Of a stretch of 64,000 bases of DNA, positions 48,201-62,482 are shown piece after piece. Position numbers and translations under genes: made by a program. The stretch spans positions 10,726,001 through 10,790,000 of the forward strand of contig NC_134473.1 of assembly GCF_964194025.1 (NCBI RefSeq). Reading direction: 5' to 3'. The DNA is from Convolutriloba macropyga. Its lineage: Eukaryota. Each line of letters begins with the position of its first letter. The first letter of the stretch is position 1. Under the pieces are notes generated by a model, which saw only the letters and a list, made by a program, of their open reading frames with translations, searched no databases and was not told the DNA's origin.

Positions 48201-48829
48201 TACATGCTTAAGCGAAATGTTGAAAATAAAGTAAACACGTTTGTGAAATTGGGATTATATAAGTCCTTAATTTTGCCGGTATTGCTGTATGGTTTCACGT
48301 GCTTGACTGCAGGAGGAACTGAAATTAAAATTCTGGAAAAGTTTCAAAAAAAGGTAGTCAAATCGATAACGGGAAATAAAGATACAGAATAAAAAAGCCA
48401 GCTTTTACTATTAAACATATTGCCATTACCAATGTTTATCCAGCTTAACGATCAATTGCTGGTTTCAAAAGCTTTGAATGAAGAGAATAGCGGCATCGAG
48501 CTACCAGAATTACATACGAAAGAAACAAGAACAACGAATTTTTCAAAATGACGAAAACTCGAACAGAGAAAGCGCGCAGCGAATTCACCTTTAAAACCTG
48601 TCGAATTGCAAACCGCCTAGAAAAATTAAAATAAACTTAAGGGAACCATCTGGACTGAAAAACCGAATATTACGTACAATGTGGAATTTTTTCGAGAAGA
48701 AATATTCTGAGAGAAATATTTGCACTTGGCAATTGTTCTGCGATTGTCAAAGCTGTAGAAACTATTGGACATTAATTTAATTTGATGACGGGGACTTTAG
48801 ACACTTCAGCACAGCTCTAAATCCCCAAC

Positions 48830-48863
<34 letters not shown>

Positions 48864-48874
48864 ACAATAACAAC
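45265..48874 (+). mobile_element. CR1/L2-group non-LTR retrotransposon, decayed: PHD-like ORF1, APE-RT ORF2, (CAA)n tail
   Basis: ORF1 Cys pattern (LLCNNC); APE motifs NTRSL, YRSDR, YNPP, GDLN, TDH; RT motifs YRPVSLL, QHGF, DFSKAF, GVPQGS, FADD, KDLG; (CAA)n tail at 48826-48874. Confidence 0.92.
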
Positions 48875-50248
48875 ATCCTTTTATTATTGCAGCTTTTTGT
48901 GTTATTGCAGCTCAACATATCCCGGTTTGAGATGATGGAAATATGACTCGAATTTAAACGCCTGGGGTGGGGTATGGCACCATTATTTTGTCTGTCTATT
49001 TTGAATCACAAGCGCGTTATCTGAAATAATGACACCACATAATCGAATCATGACCCCGCCAGTGCAGTTCATAAACTTCCTATGTCAAATCATAAGTAAA
49101 ACGAAAACGCAGTTGATTCATATTCTGATTAATGCTGGCTCATAGTACTGAGTCTGTGCGCTATCTGAGAAAGATAGATCAAATAACTTGTCAGAATGAG
49201 CTGTCAATTAACGCCAGCAAAACTTAACATATCAAGCATATGAAAAATCTTGATTCATTTCATCGATTAGATTATTTGTCTTGTTGCTGTTTATTGAATT
49301 TTTGAGAATTTTTAGCACTTTAAAAAATAGTTGTTTGATTTTATTGGGTAGATGTTTAGTCTTGTTGTTATTTATTTTTTAAGGTTTTTAACACAAGGTG
49401 AAAAATTAGCTTTTTTTCTTTTTGAAGTTTAACTTTTTTCTGTCTTTTTTGGCAACTTTTATCGCATTTTCCAAGAATGTGACAAGAAAAAAATAAATAA
49501 TAAGGGGTAAAGGATTTTCAGCATGTAATTGTCTGAACATAGCTACAGAGCCCAGCACTTTCTGTATTATTGACCTACAGTTGAGCATTCTTCCACTGTC
49601 TGTTCCGTCGGAATATGCCTGAAGAGAACTTTTGGAACAGTTTCAGGCTATTTCGCATTTATGCTCCAAATTTCGAAGCAAGTCAAGTTCATTTCTGAGC
49701 ATCTAAATACAAAAATTTTCCGTCTAGATCATTTGGTCTGATCCTAATTGCACAATTTCGAATCGTCTCATTTTGGTTTCATAGTCGCGAAACTTCGAGC
49801 AGTCCCGCAGAGCAGAAACAGCGGAATTTCACAAACGCATTTTGGTATTTTTTAAAAAATATTTTTGTGTGCGTTTTCATGGTACTAAAAAAAACTGATT
49901 TTAAAAATCCTTCAACTGGAGCGATAAAATTTGAAAATTCCTTTAATGTTTAATTAATATATTTTGCGTTTTTTAATTAAATTTACATTCAATTAACAAA
50001 ATCGCCAGTTAGTAAACTACATCGTAGAGAAATCATATACAATACAAGTTCTGATCTAGTCTATTCAGACTATATAGTTTCTACGCCCCATTCTTACGTG
50101 TTGTTTAACACAAAGTAACGTTCTATGGAATAGTGCAAAAATTTGCTATCGGGGGCAGTATAGAATAGATTCATCATTTTTAAAAGTCAAATCAACACTT
50201 ACATGAAAAAAAATGGACATTTTGAAGTTGAAAGTCTAAATTATTAGT

Positions 50249-53200
50249 TCAGAATTGTTGTTGAGGTTCTTGAATCTTATCACAGATTTTCTCAGCCATC
50301 ATTGTACAAACAGAAACCAAGGGTCCACTGGGTGCATCTGGGATAATTGAACTATCCACTACCCTCAAATTACCAACACCCCATACTCGACCCTGGTTAT
50401 CAGTGACCGCCATGGAATCGGAATAGCTTCCCATTTTACACGTGCCAGAGTAATATCCGTGTGATCCCACCATTTCTCTCACAAAGCCTTCCAGCTCCTG
50501 TTCCGATCGGACATGAGGAGGAGGAAGAACTACTGTTTGAACATCATCTGAGAGAGCTTCGTGTTCGAAGATCTGCCGGACAACCTTGAAAATTGTTGCG
50601 TTAAAATTCTAGTTGCCGTTGGGGGGATAGCTTCATTGACTGAATTAATAAAATTCTTGGGCCTGGATTCCTACTAAAGTCGAAAAAAGTTTTTTCATGG
50701 GTACAGCATAATTTGTTCGTAAAATATTCTTCTTTGCGGTTCTGGAAAGTTTTTTTTGCGGGATGGGATAATCGGTGAAACCTCAATTAGGCAAAAATGT
50801 TTTTTGTAGTCAATGGGCAAAAATTTTTAAATGAAGTTTTAAGTCGAATGGTTAACTTGTAACAACTTGCAAGTCACATGGTATACTTGTAAGAACTTGC
50901 AAGTCGAATAGCTAACTTGTAAGTTTCTTGCAAGTTAGATCCGGTTGAGCTCGACTCTTAATGGTTAATTTAATTTAACACTCAGTCATTTAACTTAAAA
51001 AGCACGTGAGAGTTAGTTGCTCAATTTGGAAAACATATTACAATGCAACCAAAGTCGATAAAACGTTTACTTCTCAATTTTATCAACTCGAGAGGTCCTT
51101 TTGCAGTTCAATTAATGAACAGTAGGTCTCAATTGGCTTCTTCAGGATTGCTTTTTTAAAAATGTTTCTACAATTTTATACCCCTTTTTGACTTTAATTG
51201 ATGTTTCAAGTTCATATGTCAGCATCTTCGCAAAATACTTCAGCGAATTTTTATTTTTTTAACAATTTTTTATGATTGCAATTCACACCTTTCCAGGATC
51301 TATATTTATGAAGCATCTGCTTACAATCATATCTTTCGACGTTTTTTTTTAAATTTTTTGTGCTACAATATAGACTGAAATGTTATCTGATAACAACTTA
51401 TATTCAAAAAACTTATGTTAAAAATTATGTAAGTCAAATCTTTAACTAGTACGAACCCTGCGATTTGAATGGGTATCTTTCAAGAGCCTTTTATGTCGAA
51501 TGGTTAATTTGTAAGAGCCTTGTAGGTCGAATAATTAACTTGTAAGAACTTGTAAGTCAAACGGTTAACTTGTAAGAACTTGCAAGTTTTTGGAAGAAAA
51601 ATTTGCCAGGCGATGCATCGCCTTGTAAATTTTTGTTCAAAATTTGCAAGTGCTTACAAGTTAACCATTCGGCTCGACCCGGGCATGTAAAATGTACTAC
51701 TTCTTTCCAAACTGTTTCATCATTTCAGCCCTCGTTATTATTCGGGCAAAAGAAATTGGCAAAAAATGCGAGGAAAGATTGGAGAACGTATCGAAAAAAA
51801 TTCACGCATTTGTTATGAAAAGTTCTGAGAAAAGTTTTGCTATAAATGCTTGATCTTAACTGAAAATCCGCAGACCTCAAAATATATTTTTAAAATTGTA
51901 ACTGTTTTTGTAAGCTATTATCATCCAGAGACAATTGTTAGGGACACTTGAGTGCTTTATAGCGTCAAGTGGGTTTGAAGTACCGGTTTTATTTTTTTTG
52001 AAATTGTAATTCGCCTAATGTCCACAAAACAAGGTGGGCTGCGATGCTTAAAGTATCTTTGTCGGCTTTTGTACGTACCTTCACACCCTCAATGGCATTC
52101 TGCACATCCCTGTTGTCACTGAACATGTCATAGTCTACGAGAGGTTCGTCTTTAAAATCACTGCTCTGGAGTGTCACAGATCCTCGGCTGAAAACCTGAG
52201 CGTTGGAAACAGCACACATGTATCCAGGCGTCTCTGAGTGATCTCTCTGGAACAGGTTTCCTCCAGGGAAGGGTCCATAGAGAGAATCCACAAACATGAA
52301 GTTGGCATTTGGTCGATCCAGCTGAACATTTTCAATATCGTAAATCTAGACTTTTGACTGCATTTTTTTGAAATCTGACTTAAATTTTATCGTTGACTGG
52401 TTAGATTAATTCAAGCTTCCATTAATACTTTTAAAATCCAAAGTCTCATCAAATCCTTCTTGTGTTCTCGAGCAAATTTATCAGATCGAAGTCCAAGAAA
52501 TCTGTCCTCGCAAAACCATGGAAAAAGTAACCATGAAAAACTAATAGTACCAAAAAATGAGGATAAAAGAAAGCTGGTCAAATTTTCAATAGACGCTTTC
52601 AAGATACTTCCAATTTTTTTCAAAATTTTCATCTCAGTTTTCAGTCATTTTAATTGTCTACATAATCTTTAATTTCGTTTCCCATCATTTTTCGTTTCTC
52701 TTTTTTATTTTATTCTGAAGCTGAACATATAGACTATCAAAGAGTTCCTTTAGTGTTGACAATAATGACATAACAGAAATAAGTTTAAAAGTTTTGTAAA
52801 TTACGATATTGATCAATTTTTCTCCCACTCAATTGAGTGCTAGTCAGTGACAGTTTTGGGAAATATGTAGTGCATTTATGTGAAGTTTGAATTATTAAAA
52901 CCAGCATTTCAAAAAAGGAAATAAAACTACTTGACTTTTGCTTTAGTTTTATTTTTTCTTGAACTTTGCTTCAAACACCTTCGCATTTATTCAATCTTCT
53001 GAAGTGTTTCAGAGTTCAATCAAAAGCACATACTGTTGAACGATTTCATATGCTTCTTTAGAAATCTGATTGAGAAAAAATTTTAAAAGCAACACCTAAC
53101 TATTATTATTATTTTCATCAAGCTTCTGTTCTGATTGNNNNNNNNNNNNNNNNNNNNNNNNNNNNNNNNNNNNNNNNNNNNNNNNNNNNNNNNNNNNNNN

Positions 53201-56200
53201 NNNNNNNNNNNNNNNNNNNNNNNNNNNNNNNNNNNNNNNNNNNNNNNNNNNNNNNNNNNNNNNNNNNNNNNNNNNNNNNNNNNNNNNNNNNNNNNNNNNN
53301 NNNNNNNNNNNNNNNNNNNNNNNNNNNNNNNNNNNAAATTAATAAATATGGTTAGGTGTTGCTATTAAAATTTTTCTGAATCGAATNNNNNNNNNNNNNN
53401 NNNNNNNNNNNNNNNNNNNNNNNNNNNNNNNNNNNNNNNNNNNNNNNNNNNNNNNNNNNNNNNNNNNNNNNNNNNNNNNNNNNNNNNNNNNNNNNNNNNN
53501 NNNNNNNNNNNNNNNNNNNNNNNNNNNNNNNNNNNNNNNNNNNNNNNNNNNNNTTTGTTGAGTCCTTGAATGCAGTCACGGAGCTTTTTTGTTCAAATTA
53601 TTCTTAAAAGGCTTTTTGTGTGATGTTTTGCTCCAACTTTTTATCACTGAACTGTTGCGTTTTTGAATGAAAACTGACTGGACCCTGTCTTTACGTGAGG
53701 ATATACATTAGTGAACTTTTTTCTGCCCTGGTGGCGAGTTTTTGAAGGTAGTTCCTAACAAAGCAAAACCAATCTAAAAAAAGGAAAATTGTGTTCCAGT
53801 TTTTTTTCGGATTCTGTGCAAAACAGTCATCAAACTCTTTTCAAATTTCAAACTGATATTCAAGCAGACAGAACAACTTAAACTGCTTCAAAATTTTTAA
53901 ATTCTTTCAATTAAATCCTATAGGTTGATCCGATTATTTATTTGTTCTTTTTACCGAATGTCTAAATATATATCAGTTTAGAGCTAAATTGGTGTCAAGT
54001 AGAAATAACAGTTTTACCGAAGTCATGCCAGCTCTTATGCGGTTTTGATTTTTTCTGGTCAAAAATCAGTGGAAAAAGATGAATTGCTCAGACAAATTGT
54101 GATTGCAGAAATTTTAATCAAAATTAAAAATCAGAAGTTCTTTCCTTTCTGGCAGACACGGTTTAAAAGTGGCAATTTCTTACATCTTTGGTTTAAGCTG
54201 TTGAAACTAAAAAATAATGTTCAGTGTTACTTCCTCTTGCCTGTACTCGTTTATTTAATGTAAACTGCTATATTTAAGACTCATTTCGTTTTGTATGGTA
54301 AATTGATTTGTGAAGGTTATGAACTTGACGCGTAGAATGCAGTAAGAAATCATTTCATATACTTTTGTAAAAAAATTCTTAATTTATTACTAAATTTGAT
54401 TGGAACTTGCCTTTTTGTCGGTTTTAATAATTGCTGCAACGTCGAGGCCGAGTGACGTATGAGGTCCCGTGTGATTCACGAACCAATCACGTTGTGCCAT
54501 TTCCTTCTTGTTGTTCGGATACATGCCATAGTAGTAATTGTCTGATTTGTTTACACATGCAACTGGGACTAATATTGGTGCCTGGATAAAACTACTCATT
54601 GATTAGTTTTTACTATGGGATCAAAATTTTATTTCCGTAAATACCCAAGTCTGAGATTTTGGCCTTACNNNNNNNNNNNNNNNNNNNNNNNNNNNNNNNN
54701 NNNNNNNNNNNNNNNNNNNNNNNNNNNNNNNNNNNNNNNNNNNNNNNNNNNNNNNNNNNNNNNNNNNNNNNNNNNNNNNNNNNNNNNNNNNNNNNNNNNN
54801 NNNNNNNNNNNNNNNNNNNNNNNNNNNNNNNNNNNNNNNNNNNNNNNNNNNNNNNNNNNNNNNNNNNNAGTTTAGATGTAAGGTTTTTCGTTTTAATATT
54901 AAAAAAGAGAGATATCATTTGAACAAGGTTACTTATTAGAAAAATAAATTTAAGTGGACAATTTGGAAAGTTCGAGGATTGTTTTACAAAATCAGAGAAT
55001 AAAATAGTTATCTTTGGTCAAAATATTTTTTCCTCGAACTTCTTATAAGGGCGTCTATTGGCAAAAAATTTTTGCAATTGAGAAAGAGAACCAGATACAC
55101 GTAGAAAAAATCTCGGCTGGTCTGACTATATTTATGTATAAAGATTTACTACTTTGAAACTTGCAGAAAATTTTCAAATTTTAAATATGATAAATTTTAT
55201 AAATCATTTTCTCTTGATTAGCTATAATTTTTTTTACTCAAGCGTTATTATTTTAAAATTGTATGTAACTTCAGTCAATCGAGAGCAACGTTACGCATTT
55301 GTGCATGGATAAAAGAGCTACGTTTTTGGAGGTGGTATTAGAAACTTACGAACATTCTGTTTTTGTTGACAGAGATGTCTCATTTTTGTTACAAAGTTCT
55401 CTTGAAAGCAGGAACTGAAATTTTTTTATATTTTTATTGTTTTTGAAAAATATTTAATGGCTCAGAGCAATATTGAAAAAAAAGATCGTTCCATGAAAAG
55501 AAAGTCAGACATCATTGATTTAGTTTTGTATTATATTCATTATTCCTTTAAGTATATTTATTTTTTTTTCAACAATACTATCATTCAGATACTCAAATCT
55601 TCTTCCAATCTATTGCTATCATAAATATGTTCCAAACAATTACTAACTTTTCACTACAAAAATTTTGTTAGTGTTCTTACCCAAAGCAGTTAAAGCGCAA
55701 GGATCTTACGGGTGCTTATTGTTTTCTTGGGTTAAACCTGCGCCTCTAACAGAGCAACAAACGTATTGTGGTCAGAAGACATTTGATATTTTAGTAAGCC
55801 ATTATTAATATTTAAAGAAAAACAGTTGTTCTTCTATTAGGATGATATTAAGAATTGAATTAAGTAGCAAATGTCCTCTTAGAATTTCCTCCAAATTAAA
55901 TTTATCTTGAACTTGTCAAAAAAATTTCGCTGAAATACTCTAACAAGAACACATATCAATGATTTGTCGAAATTTACAATCAATTAAAAATGTAACAATG
56001 CTAGAGAAATATCATTTTTAACATTTGTGTTTATATTAGAAATGCAAAAATTTGAGAAGCGATAAAGAAAAAATGCTAATTGCTAAATGAGTTTATCCAA
56101 AAAAAACTGATCATCAAAAACGATCCCATACGAGTTTATAGAGATAAATAGCTAATGTCCAAAAATTTTGAATCGTAGTTTTTTTTAGTGTTTCTTTTGT

Positions 56201-59190
56201 CGCTTCATTGCTATTACTTTTCTAATAAGAAAATTGAATGATGAAAGAAAACTGCTGAAAATATTTGCTAGCATGAAAGGGCATAAGCATCATTTTGCAA
56301 TGATTGATAATGATACTGAATTTGACCTCTCACCCAATGAAGCCCATGAGTCGTAATCTGATTGGTTGCCTCGCATCCAGCACATTGTGTTAATGCTAGC
56401 CGAACCCCCAATCACTTTGCCAAGGTATGCAGTAGTACTTTTACTGTTTTTCAGGTGAACTTGTGGAGTTGACATTATAGGCCAACTAAATCTCTCATCG
56501 CCCCAGGTGAGACCACAGTGCTGTGGCATCAGAACCTCCCATGATGAGTCCAGACCTCCCGCTTCTGGAAGAGAGAAAGTGAATAAAATTTTTCTGTTGT
56601 TTATTTGAAAGCTGCTAAAAACAAAACAAAACTTCAGTTTTAATGTTTATAAAATTACCTCAAACATTAGTATAGCATGCAATTCTAGCAAGAATACGAT
56701 ATGCAACAAGGAAATGTAAATATTATATAGTGGTTGAAGAGAGTTGAAGAGAAACAGAAATATATATAGTTTTCAATCCAAACAGTATTCAAAATTTTAT
56801 GGTTTTTGATTTCAGAAAAACGCGCATTAAGATATTCTAACCCAACGATTTCATTGAAGAACCAATTTTTATATAGTCATCATCACGAATGAATACTTGC
56901 AAGGTAGTTGATGAAAAAGGTATTGATTATTGCAAATCATCCGAAAGCCTGATTAGTATAGATCTGTGATTAAAAAAATGTGGAAATGAAAAAATTAGTA
57001 AATGCGTGAGATTAACTACGATTGAATACTTATCAATAAAATAACAGACCAAAAACATTGTTAATTCCTTTTAATACACATAAAAACAAAATGTATTAGT
57101 AAAGAGGCAGTGTGCAGTTGAAAGTATATCGTTATGCATTTTTTTTAAAAAAAAACTTTAAAATAGTTATTTAAAGTACTTGACCTCAAATTAAAATTAA
57201 AATCGAATTCTTTCAATGACATATGGCACATCAATTAGTCTTGGGTTGTTCAAAAATTTTTATTCTTTTTTCAAGGAATGTCTCGATGTTGTTTCAAATC
57301 TGATATTCAGGGCAGAGTATTACAGAATTGAACCGCTTGTGCAACAAAAAGTCGGCTAAAAATTTATTATGCCTTCTGATACCAAATGTAACTTTCTCTG
57401 TCTTGTCATGATTTTGTTTTTAACTGACGGTAGGTACAGATTCATTTTTTAAAAGAGAAGATTGTTGATGAGTACGCCAAAAAATGATTTGAACAACAAC
57501 ATTTTTGAGAGAAAAGAAACTGGAAAAGTTTTTGTACGAAGTTTAAGATCTATGGAAAAATCATATTTTCTAATAAAACTTCTTGTTTTCCCCAAATTGA
57601 TGTTTACATTTTTTGCAACCGACAAAAATTAAGTCTGAAAATTGTAAGTGATTTGTTAAATTGCATTAAGTGATGTAATTTTTGTTTTCTCCCGTAATCT
57701 TTTTCCCATTGTACTCAAAATTTTTGATCCCCACACCGTTCTGTGAATAATGTTTTTCAATTCTTCATCAATCTTTAGTTTGCTAAGAATATCTACACCA
57801 AGAAAATTAACCTTAGTTGGCTCTGCTATTTTTTGTTATCGATATTGGAAATGTTTATCGTTAACTTTTCTTGCTGCTAAATGATATTTACTCTGTCTTT
57901 TGTTTGTTCGCCATAAACTGGGGATTTTTCGAAAAAATGATAATTTTATATATGTTTTGTTCAAGTTTTATATTTGACAAGCTTCATCACTGTTGTATGT
58001 AAAATGTAATGTGTCGCCTGCAAACTGGACGAGCTTACAATCTTCTTCTATAACTTTTGCTAAATCGTGCTTGTAAATGGTAAATAACAGAGGAGCTAAT
58101 TTTCTAACTTGTGGCACCCCTCTTTTCAAAGTTATCCAATCGGATTGAATTCCATTTAAAAGAACTAGATGCGTTCCTTTACTCAAATAGTTTTCTTTGA
58201 AACTGGTAGCGTGTTCGTCCAAAAGCTTTTTTTTTATTTCTCCGTAAAATTTCTTTTGTAGACTCAAAATTTTTTTGAAAGGTCCAGTAATGTACTTGCC
58301 AATGTTTTTTTTCGTTTGAATTCTTATCCGATTCGTTCTGTAAATTTTAAGGTAGCATCCATTGTTCAAATGTTTTCTACGACCAAACTGAGTGACGCAC
58401 CTAATAGCTCCCTTTCTAAGAAATCTATTATATGCTAACTAAACGCCTTTACAAAATTTTCTGATAAAACGGAAGGTCTATAAGTTAGTGGGTTTTTGGG
58501 ATTTCTTTTTTGAAAAGAGGAGTTTTATATTCTTTTTCAGATGTTCTGCAAATTTTCCTTCTGATATAAGCTAACTATTGCGGTAGCAAAGTTGGAGCAA
58601 TAGTTAGCTAGCACTGCTTTAGAGTCTTTTACCGCCCGTGCTGGTGTTTTTGAAGGACCCAGTGGTTTATTTGAATGTATTTATCAGACTTCATACAAAA
58701 ATTTTTAACCCCATAATCCCACGTTAACAGTAGTGCCTGATCAACTTTCCTTCAATTTGTCCCATACTAGGAGAAGGTAAAACAAATATAAGCAACTATT
58801 TTGTATATTGAAAAGGATATAATTGAAGAATGAGAGAAGGAGAGAGACAGAGATTGAGAGAGATAGAGACAACGAGTTGAAGAGAGAGATATATGCAGNN
58901 NNNNNNNNNNNNNNNNNNNNNNNNNNNNNNNNNNNNNNNNNNNNNNNNNNNNNNNNNNNNNNNNNNNNNNNNNNNNNNNNNNNNNNNNNNNNNNNNNNNN
59001 NNNNNNNNNNNNNNNNNNNNNNNNNNNNNNNNNNNNNNNNNNNNNNNNNNNNNNNNNNNNNNNNNNNNNNNNNNNNNNNNNNNNNNNNNNNNNNNNNNNN
59101 NNNNNNNNNNNNNNNNNNNNNNNNNNNNNAAGGGAGACAGAGACAGGGTGTGTGTGTGTGAGAGAGAGAGAGAGAAAGAGAGAAAAGAAG

Positions 59191-59221
<31 letters not shown>

Positions 59222-59666
59222 AAAAAAGAAAAGAGAGAGATAGATTGCTAGATAGAGAGAAAGAGAGAGTGTTTTTGCCGATAACGTGGGGAAAATTTGC
59301 AGTGAAAGTCCGTTAAAACTAAACAGTTACTGGCTGAGAGACATCATACACTAATGAATTTTCATTCACTTTGCATTTTAATTCACAAATGAGACTTCGC
59401 ATTTTTTGTTTTTATTGGACAAATATTTTGCTGATTAATTTTTAAGCACTGCGAAATAAACTTTGGACCCTATTAAGTTATAGATCCTAACAAGTTATAG
59501 ATCCTAATAAGGTGTAGGTCCTAATCAGCTTTTTGTGGCTTTGTTGCCTACCAATGAGAAGTGTCTTGTTGGTCCTGCTGAGTCTGTTTGCCACAACACA
59601 ACCAGAGGCACCTGCTCCAACTATTATGTAATCATAACACTCCTCTGCACTGTCTACAAAAGGCAT
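50249..59666 (-). CDS. Host GMC oxidoreductase (choline/glucose dehydrogenase family); visible exons 59666-59552, 56564-56334, 54581-54411, 52321-52079, 50584-50249
   Basis: YDYIIVGAGASGCVVANRLS, LLIEAG across an intron, GKVIGGSASIN, SRGSVTL, GTCKMG, NLRVVDSSIIP; splice phases are compatible. Confidence 0.9.
50840..51680. repeat. MITE-like element with ~30-bp subrepeats (GTCGAATGGTTAACTTGTAAGAACTTGCAA) in a GMC intron
   Basis: Direct copies at 50844-50935 and 51496-51586; inverted copy at 51646-51675. Confidence 0.6.
57700..58560 (-). pseudogene. Highly degraded non-LTR RT fragment in a GMC intron
   Basis: RGVPQ...PLLF.IY...FAGDT; boundaries approximate. Confidence 0.7.
58825..59270. repeat. 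(GA)n/(GAAA)n microsatellite around a gap (N 58899-59129)
   Basis: Directly visible. Confidence 0.9.
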
Positions 59667-61729
59667 GTCTAAAAAGTAAACAAAAGCTAACATGCGCTAA
59701 CGCTATCATGAATAGAGTTTGAACAAACGTGAGTCTCATCAAACCAGAGAGATTACTGAGAATGAGTAGAATGGAAAAAATGGAAAGCTAAGATAACAGC
59801 CAAGTTGTCGTGTTTGGTCTAATTTAGTTTGCAGCTGAACTTTTTTCCGGTTTTGCAGGGGTGAATAAAAAAAGAAGCTTGGATTGGATTTTGATGAGCT
59901 ATGATAGTCATAATTAAACCTAAGTATATCGCAAATTCTTTGATTCCATCCTCGCTAAGGTTCTAGTGAAATTTAGTGCTAATTAGGCAGGAATAATTTC
60001 AAAAATGTGAAAAAACTTAAAACTTTTGTGAAAACGTTTGCTGAAAGTATATCATTTCATGCAATTTTTTTCTATATACATATTAAGCGCTAATCACTGC
60101 TGAAAGTATATCATATAATGAACACACCTTCTCAGAAGTCAAGAAAGTCTAAATCGATATGCGCCAGCGTCTATATACGAAAGATATTAATAACTTTTAG
60201 TTACAGAAAGTTTGCTTGTTTCAACTCAAAGCAGATATCAAGACAACAATGTCACGCAAATATGAGATTGAAAGACTTTTAAAGTGAGATTGAAAAATTT
60301 TAATTTAGACTGATAGACCGCTATCTTGTTTAGAAAGAAAAACACATACAGGCAAAAACCATTTTTGTCAAAAATTATACGCGCAAAATTAATGACGCTA
60401 CGAATACCAAATGAATATATATAACGAGATAACTACATTTTATACTGTAATCGTTTGAATCTATCAATATTTCATTTTTTTAAATTCGATTAATCTACCA
60501 TCGGCGCTGTTTTAGTTGTAAAAAGTGTTCACACACATCTCGTGAAACTTTTCTTCTGATAACTTTAACTTTTCAAGGCCAAGCATTGGTACACGCCAAT
60601 TTTGTGCGAAAAACAGACAAAATTAAAACAATGTCTTCTGTTTGGCTCTTTTATGCTTGTTTTTCAAATTAGTTTAGCAAAATAGCAAAACAAATTCCCA
60701 CAAAACGATTTGCAAAAGTATAGGCAGACAAATTCTGAAAAAAATACGCGTTTTTTTTTCAAAAATGCTTTCAAAAATTTTTTAAAATTTTTTTAAGTTT
60801 TAAGTTTTTAAGTTTTTTTAAGTTTTTTTTGTTCAAATTGGAACTTTGATATGCTAAAGAAGCTTTTTCCTGGCACAAGGTAGTTATTATTGTTGAAATC
60901 ACAGCGCACATGTCCAACAACGGAATTATTCAAGTCTTCCAAAAAGATTGAGCGTGTTTAAAGAAAAACAGAAAATTTAACTTGGACACCCGGACCTGAG
61001 TGTCAGAGTAATTCATGATTGAACATATTCAATTTGAAGGTAGAGCAGCACTGATTCAGTGTCTTACAAGTATAAAGTGCCTAATCAGTCTATCCAGAAT
61101 TGTCAGTGCTGAAAGCTTCTCTCCTGGGTATTTATTATGTGAAGTTTTACTTCCGAATAACCTCTAACTGAGCTTTGATAATTGGCATGCTACATCTAAA
61201 CTGAGCATGTCAATTTATCATTCTGATGATGAAGAGCCTGGCTGAATTTGGATACAATTTCAAACTAAACGGGAGATTTTAACAGAAGAGCAGAGCATCT
61301 ATAAACAGAACACATATTTTTAAGAAATAAATTAATTATTTCCATCATTAAAATGTTGTTCTCAATCAGTTTTACATTTTTAAATTTTTTCTTGTTTATA
61401 TTTATTTCATTTTATTTCAAAATAATTTATGTGTTCTGTGTTTTTTTTAATGTAGAGGGCATGCTAGAGACGCTTGATCTATGAATTCAGATTTTTAAAA
61501 GAGCTTAATTGTTTCAATTGCAGCAGCGATATTTGTAGATGTTAAAGATCGTTAGCTCTGGCAATTAGCCATTTGCAGAAAGAGGAATGGAGGGTAACTA
61601 GCCTGCTCAGATAGAGTGAATTTGGATAATTAGCAATGCTCAGCTTGAAGACATTCGGTTAGTGAAGCTTCACAGACAACGCTACCCAGGTTGAGGTGCC
61701 AGACTGAAAATCGATATGTCCAGACCGAA

Positions 61730-62482
61730 ATGAACGCACAAGGTGGCGTCGTGCGTTCAAAATTACACGGTCTGGAAAAAAATGAACGCACGATAGTCTG
61801 GACATATGCAATCCCTCTTCAAGATTAGAGGGGCCGCTATTCATAAAGCTCAGTATAAGGACAAGGAAAAGATAGAAAAAAAGAAAGAGTAAAAAAATAG
61901 TAATTTTTTAATGACAGTTGTTAGTTTCGGTGCGCGAATTTTGGTTTGGAACACTCAAAAGTCTGGGCATAGGCCATTTTGAACGCACTAAAGTTTCGAC
62001 ATAAAGTCTTTTGAAAGCAGGATAGCCTCGACAAAAACGCACAGAATATGAATTTTGCAGCGGACGGTTTTTGGTATGGAACACACAAAAGTCTGGACAT
62101 AGGCATTTTTGAACGCACGAAAGTCTGGACATAAGGCCCTTTGAACGCACGATAGTCTGGACATGAACGCACAAATTATCAATTTTGGAGCGCACGAATT
62201 TTCCTTTGAACGCACGAAAGTCTGGACATAGGCAATTTTGAACACACGAAAATCTGGACATAAGGTCTTTTGAACGGACGATAGTCTGGACATGAACGCA
62301 CAAATTATCAATTTTGGAGCGCACGAATTTTCCTTTGAACGCACGAAAGTCTGGACATAGGCAATTTTGATAAACGAAAGTCTGGACTTGAGGACTTTTG
62401 AAAGCACGATGAACGCACGAAAAATTTTGAACCCACGAAAGTCTTGACATAGTCACTTTCCGTCTGGGAGGGTCTGGACATA
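61730..62482. repeat. Minisatellite of ~30-bp TGAACGCACGAAAGTCTGGACATA units with a 129-bp higher-order repeat
   Basis: More than 10 diverged units; the block at 62161 is repeated at 62290. Confidence 0.88.

Noticed and set aside
53060-53386. Short inverted repeat flanking an N gap
   Set aside because: Probably a MITE or an assembly effect; the interior is not visible.
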